From a virus, in IMG/VR virus record IMGVR_UViG_3300036852_000353, positions 16,435 to 80,434 of that record: a stretch of 64,000 nucleotides of DNA. One strand, written 5' to 3'. The position numbers and the translations under genes were made by a program. Under the pieces are notes generated by a model. That model had not been told where the DNA came from and did not search any database. It was given only the letters and a program-made list of their open reading frames with translations. Shown piece by piece: positions 60,025 through 64,000 of the stretch (positions are counted from its first letter, which is position 1; every line of letters begins with the position of its first letter).

Positions 60025-60601
60025 GCTCGGTCTCCGGGTCCGGGATGTACTGCATGTCGGTCTCCAGCTGTTCGTCGTCGCCGGTGTCCTCGACGGGCTG
60101 CGGGAGTGGGTGTGTGAGGAAGTAGCGGACAGGGAACTCAGGGCTGCTCCGGGCGGTGGAGTAGAGCGTGAGGCCGAACTGGTTGCCGAGGTTCTTGGTG
60201 GCACGCAGGAAGGCCACGGAGAGAGCACCGTTCATGCAGTCGCTGTGCAGGTCCCAGATGGCTGTTTTGTCGCGTGCCTCCCTGCCCTGGCCCCAGGCTC
60301 CGGCGCCGTCCCAGAACGCTCCGGGAGTGCCATCGGGGTTGCGGATGATGATGCGGACGCGGGCGCGGTAGGCGACGTATCTGTTGAAGGATTTTCCGTC
60401 GTCGCCGGTGGGTACTTCGGTCAGTTCGAGCGTTTGTTCGCTCCAGCCCAGGGGGCCGAAGATTTCGCTGAGCCGTGCCCTCACATAGTCGTGGGGAACG
60501 ATGAGCTGGTTGTCGCTCTCTCGTTGCCCGACGATGTTGTGGTCGAAGGGTTCGAGGAGTTCTTTGATTTGGGCGTGGCTGAGTCCGTTCACGGTGTTCA
60601 T
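60011..60601 (-). CDS. Rad52/Rad22-family single-strand annealing protein (Sak-like)
   Basis: YVRARLSEIFGPLGWS, ARVRIII, AFLRATKNLGNQFGLTLY. Confidence 0.85.
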   Translation of the reverse strand: MNTVNGLSHAQIKELLEPFDHNIVGQRESDNQLIVPHDYVRARLSEIFGPLGWSEQTLELTEVPTGDDGKSFNRYVAYRARVRIIIRNPDGTPGAFWDGAGAWGQGREARDKTAIWDLHSDCMNGALSVAFLRATKNLGNQFGLTLYSTARSSPEFPVRYFLTHPLPQPVEDTGDDEQLETDMQYIPDPETEHAAP

Positions 60602-60671
60602 GCGGACTTCCTTGTCGGTGGAAGGTGGTGCTGAAAAGGGCGGCACGAAGCCGCCCTTTTTTCTGGTTTGT

Positions 60672-60917
60672 TCAGTTGTTGACGAACCGCAGTGCGAACC
60701 CGTCGTGATCCCGCAGGGTCGCCATCTCGGCCTTCTTCTTGTGGGCCTTCGCCCAGACCGTTGCGTTCATGCGGGCGCTGCTGGTCTGGACGTGGTAGTC
60801 CTCGCCCTTCCGCAGTTCCCACCAGTCGCCGTCGTCGTAGTGCTCCCAGTTGTACTCGGTACGCGGGGCGGTCTTGGTGATGTGAGAGACCATCTCGTTG
60901 GGGATTTTCTTAGCCAT
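60672..60917 (-). CDS. Hypothetical protein (YNW...DG.WW family)
   Basis: EYNWEHYDDGDWWELRKGEDY; probably leaderless. Confidence 0.7.
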   Translation of the reverse strand: MAKKIPNEMVSHITKTAPRTEYNWEHYDDGDWWELRKGEDYHVQTSSARMNATVWAKAHKKKAEMATLRDHDGFALRFVNN

Positions 60918-60923
60918 GCGAGG

Positions 60924-60952
60924 AATCTATAGAGACGTGCTGTTCCGCGCAA
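60924..60952 (-). promoter_or_regulatory. Promoter for a leaderless mRNA
   Basis: TTGCGC-N17-TAGATT, ATG 6 nt downstream. Confidence 0.5.
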
Positions 60953-60983
60953 CCAGTTGTTCTCACAATTTTATGGATTTTCG

Positions 60984-62405
60984 TCAACGCCGGTAGCTTG
61001 TGATGATCGCTGCATCCTTGGCTCGTGTGAGGGCCGTGTAGAGCCACTGTGGATAGATGCCGCCCGGTGCGCCCTCATCCATCACAATCACCTGGCTGAA
61101 CTCCGATCCCTGCGCCTTGTGTGCGGTGAGTGCGTAGGCGTAGTCCCACAGGCGGGAGTGCCGCGGGCGGTCCGGGGAGTTCTTCCACAGGTCCCGCTCG
61201 GCGCCGAACTGGGCGCGTGCGCAGCCTGCGACGAGGAGACAGACTGGTGCGGCGGGCGTGGCCAGGACGTGGTCGTCGAGCTGAACGACCATGTCGAGGG
61301 TGGGGCCGCCGCGGTCGTGCACGTGCCGCACGGTGCCGGTCATGCCGTTGTGGACTTGCAGGAAGTCGGCCGTTGCGCGGTAGCTGGCGCCCTCCATGAC
61401 GACGCGGACCGTGTCGTAGGGCTGTCCGCCGAGTGCGACGACCCTGTCTCCTGGGCGGGGCGGGCCTCCGCCGTGGTGGGAGGCGTTGATCTCGGCGCGC
61501 AGGCGGTTGGAATGGGTGATGATGACCCGCTCCGGGTCGGGGACCCAGCGCTCGAAAACGCCCTGCATGACGGGGTCGGACAGCGGGTAGCGCACCGCGT
61601 CCCCCTGGCCGTACCGCTGTCGTGTCAGGTAACCGTGGTTGCGGACGTCGTAGGCGGCCTGCAGGATGCCGGAGTCGGCGCCCTGACGGTGGATCTGGGT
61701 GAGCAGCACCTCGGGGTTGCGGGTCCAGTGGTTCATGTCCGCCTTGACGGGCGGGAGCTGGCCGTGGTCGCCGACGATGATGACGGGTATGCCGAAGGAG
61801 CGGACGTCTTCGACCTGTTCCTCGGAGAGCATGGACGATTCGTCGATGATGACGATCTCCCGGTGGCCGCCGAGGTAACGGCGGCGCTCGTGGGCGAGTT
61901 CTTCCCGGATCTTGCAGGTGTGGTCTGCTCGGGGGGTGCAGGGCTCGAAGCGTGCCGGGCACTGGCAGGCGTCGTCCTGCTGGCAGGTGCAGGTGTCGAC
62001 GACGCGCTGTACGAGCTTGCCGGTGGTGTCACAGTGGTAGACCGGCAGCATGTGGTAGATGAGCGAGTGGTAGGTGCGTACCCGGTGGCTCTGGTTGCCG
62101 GTGAGTTTCCTGCGCAGGACGGCTGCCGCCTTGTGGGTGGGCGTGCCGAAGACGGCCCTCACGCCGAGGGCGTTCTCCAGGGCCTGCATGAGGGTGGTTT
62201 TTCCCGTACCGGCGAGACCTCCGAGGGAGATGGCGGGGGCGCGGCCGGAGGCGTGGGTGTGGGGCGCGTTCGGGCACGCGCCGAAGCCGAGTTCTTTCTT
62301 GCCTCCGTTGCAGTGGACGATGTTCGTTGTGAGTGATTTGTGCCATTCGGTGAGCTGGTCGAGGGCGTTGGCCTGGTCGGCGCTGAGGGTGGTGGTAGTG
62401 GTCAA
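60984..62405 (-). CDS. RecD/Dda-like SF1B helicase
   Basis: GLAGTGKTT, TPTHKAA, IIDESSM, GDHGQLPPV, LTQIHRQ, YALTAHKAQGSEF, YTALTRA. Confidence 0.92.
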   Translation of the reverse strand: MTTTTTLSADQANALDQLTEWHKSLTTNIVHCNGGKKELGFGACPNAPHTHASGRAPAISLGGLAGTGKTTLMQALENALGVRAVFGTPTHKAAAVLRRKLTGNQSHRVRTYHSLIYHMLPVYHCDTTGKLVQRVVDTCTCQQDDACQCPARFEPCTPRADHTCKIREELAHERRRYLGGHREIVIIDESSMLSEEQVEDVRSFGIPVIIVGDHGQLPPVKADMNHWTRNPEVLLTQIHRQGADSGILQAAYDVRNHGYLTRQRYGQGDAVRYPLSDPVMQGVFERWVPDPERVIITHSNRLRAEINASHHGGGPPRPGDRVVALGGQPYDTVRVVMEGASYRATADFLQVHNGMTGTVRHVHDRGGPTLDMVVQLDDHVLATPAAPVCLLVAGCARAQFGAERDLWKNSPDRPRHSRLWDYAYALTAHKAQGSEFSQVIVMDEGAPGGIYPQWLYTALTRAKDAAIITSYRR

Positions 62406-63004
62406 AGCACCTTCTCACCTTCGAGGAGGCTGGAGACGGCGTGAGTGAGCATGCCTTGCTGCACCTGCTCGCTGACGATGAGCGTAGAAGCCCTGTGCGC
62501 CCATGACGTGATACACCGCTTACACGCCCGATCGGGACGTCCTCGCTTGTGACGACAGTATTGCGCAAGCAAACTGATGGCTTCCTGCAGCTGCTCCGCA
62601 TACGCAGATTCACCGCCACCCACGACAGGCAGGCCTGTCCTATGCGCCAGCGCTTGTCCGGCTGGCGAGAGCGGACCCTTGAGGATCAGTTGCTCTGGAC
62701 ATGCGTCGCGCAGCTCCTGTAGGGCTGCACGTCCGATGCCGCATCCGCGGTACGTCCTGTCCAAGTACATGAGTTCCACGGCGGGAGGGTGTATTTGCAC
62801 CGTGACGAAGCCCACAGCGCTCTCTTTTCCGGTGGTCACAATAAGCAACGTTCGGAGGTAAGGAGCTAGTGGAGCACCCGCCAGCGATAGTCCGGCAGAC
62901 ATCTGCTCGACGAGGAAATGTCTGTAGAGACGGGCTATCTGCATACGGTCTTCTGGATCCGCCACATCGAAGCGCCGTAGGGAAACTTCTTCCTTGTCTG
63001 TCAT
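62402..63004 (-). CDS. GNAT-family acetyltransferase
   Basis: ELMYLDRTYRGCGIGRAALQEL (motif A). Confidence 0.75.
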   Translation of the reverse strand: MTDKEEVSLRRFDVADPEDRMQIARLYRHFLVEQMSAGLSLAGAPLAPYLRTLLIVTTGKESAVGFVTVQIHPPAVELMYLDRTYRGCGIGRAALQELRDACPEQLILKGPLSPAGQALAHRTGLPVVGGGESAYAEQLQEAISLLAQYCRHKRGRPDRACKRCITSWAHRASTLIVSEQVQQGMLTHAVSSLLEGEKVL

Positions 63005-63024
63005 GATGCACCATGTTCTATTAA

Positions 63025-63999
63025 CTATTGTCGGTTTTCTTCTGATCTTTTATGGACAACGGTGGCGGATCGGCTCACTGTACGAAGAACCGAGTTGACA
63101 CAGCTACCAACCTCAGCCCCGCGGCGTGACGGCGGGCCGCTTGCGCCCTCTCGCGGGGCAGGTACGGAGTCGACCGCTGGCTGTGGTGAATCCGGCACCG
63201 GGAGCGCTTCCTGCACGGGTCCGTCGGACTCATTGTCCTCATCGGCCTCGGGTGCGGGATGGTCGATACGCAGGCCGATCCCCCGGTAGACCGGGGTGAG
63301 TTTGCCGTCGATACGCTTCTTCTGGTCCCTCGCCTGAATGGTGGGGACCATGCCGAGGAGCTTCGTGGTGAAGGACTCCCGGGTGTCGGGAACTGTGCGG
63401 CCGTGCTCGCGGTTCCAGAGGACCCACATTTCGCGCAGGCGTTCCTTGGACACCCACTTGTCGCCGCCGAGGACGCATACCTCCTCGACGAAGCCTTTCT
63501 GCGGGGCCGAGCGGTCCCGCTGGGCGCCGACGATCTCGGGGGTGGCGGTATTGACGGTGAACTGGCCCTGCTTGATGAGTCGGTCGAGGCCGTCGAGTGC
63601 CCAGTTGAGGATGCCGGGGAGTTCGGTGACGAGCCGCCCGAAGAGTGAGGGGTCTTCCTTGCCCAGGAAGGATCGCGCGGTCGTGGCGACGATCCACCGG
63701 GTGGGCAGCACGCCTGCCGAGTCCGCCCAGTTGGGGATCTCGTTGCTCAGCAGAACGATCCGGGCGGGGATCTTGCCCTGCCAGGGCTTCATCCACTTGC
63801 GGTCGACCTGGATGGTGTCCTCGCCGGTGATCGACAGCAGCCGCTCGGTGATGATCTCCGTGCCACTCTTGGGCAGGCGGGCGTCACCGATGACGGCCAG
63901 GGTCTTGTCGGTCAGGGCCCACAGGCCGAACTGTTCCGTGAGGCTGTTGAGCGTGGGTCCGCAGCAGTTCGAGGTTCCCGCGAGCTTCTGGAGGATCCG
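63025..63999 (-). CDS. D5/P4-family primase-helicase, C-terminal part (5' partial)
   Basis: Frame is open to the window edge: LAVIGDAR (Walker B), LLSITGEDTIQVDRK, LLSNEIP, ELPGILNWALDG. Confidence 0.9.
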   Translation of the reverse strand, partial: RILQKLAGTSNCCGPTLNSLTEQFGLWALTDKTLAVIGDARLPKSGTEIITERLLSITGEDTIQVDRKWMKPWQGKIPARIVLLSNEIPNWADSAGVLPTRWIVATTARSFLGKEDPSLFGRLVTELPGILNWALDGLDRLIKQGQFTVNTATPEIVGAQRDRSAPQKGFVEEVCVLGGDKWVSKERLREMWVLWNREHGRTVPDTRESFTTKLLGMVPTIQARDQKKRIDGKLTPVYRGIGLRIDHPAPEADEDNESDGPVQEALPVPDSPQPAVDSVPAPREGASGPPSRRGAEVGSCVNSVLRTVSRSATVVHKRSEENRQ

Positions 64000-64000
64000 A

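Noticed and set aside
62989-62998. GACAAGGAAG copy inside the GNAT gene
   Set aside because: Encodes Asp-Lys-Glu within the ORF with no suitably spaced start; treated as coincidental

Overview
High-GC tailed-phage DNA, most consistent with a Streptomyces-infecting siphovirus or prophage. The host is inferred from BldC-, TerD- and SCO6735-like genes and an LAXTG peptide; no host flank is visible. About 1-32.7 kb is mostly + strand: TerS-like gene, a small island (tRNA-fMet, Cre-like tyrosine recombinase, HIT, tRNA-Trp), TerL, portal, Clp protease, HK97 capsid, head/neck/tail genes, tape measure, minor tails and lysis, with four free-standing HNH/EndoVII genes inserted. About 32.8-64 kb is - strand: accessory genes, a TerD / tRNA-Leu / Ro60 (TROVE) locus, a fifth HNH, recombination and replication genes (Sak4-like ATPase, PD-(D/E)XK exonuclease, SNF2 helicase, RuvC-like, PolA, Rad52-like, RecD-like, partial SF3 primase-helicase) and a polysaccharide cassette. 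Main observations: (1) a 1.3-kb non-coding array upstream of Ro60 holding six Y-RNA-like elements interleaved with normal and aberrant tRNAs; (2) TerL split by a -1 frame change at a canonical G GGA AAA slippery heptamer in Walker A, with a stem-loop 7 nt downstream; (3) a hyaluronan-synthase-like GT2, a UDP-sugar dehydrogenase and a 52-aa LAKTG peptide in one cassette; (4) AT-rich synonymous patches beside HNH genes and at catalytic motifs. All protein calls come from motif recognition by eye; no searches were run.
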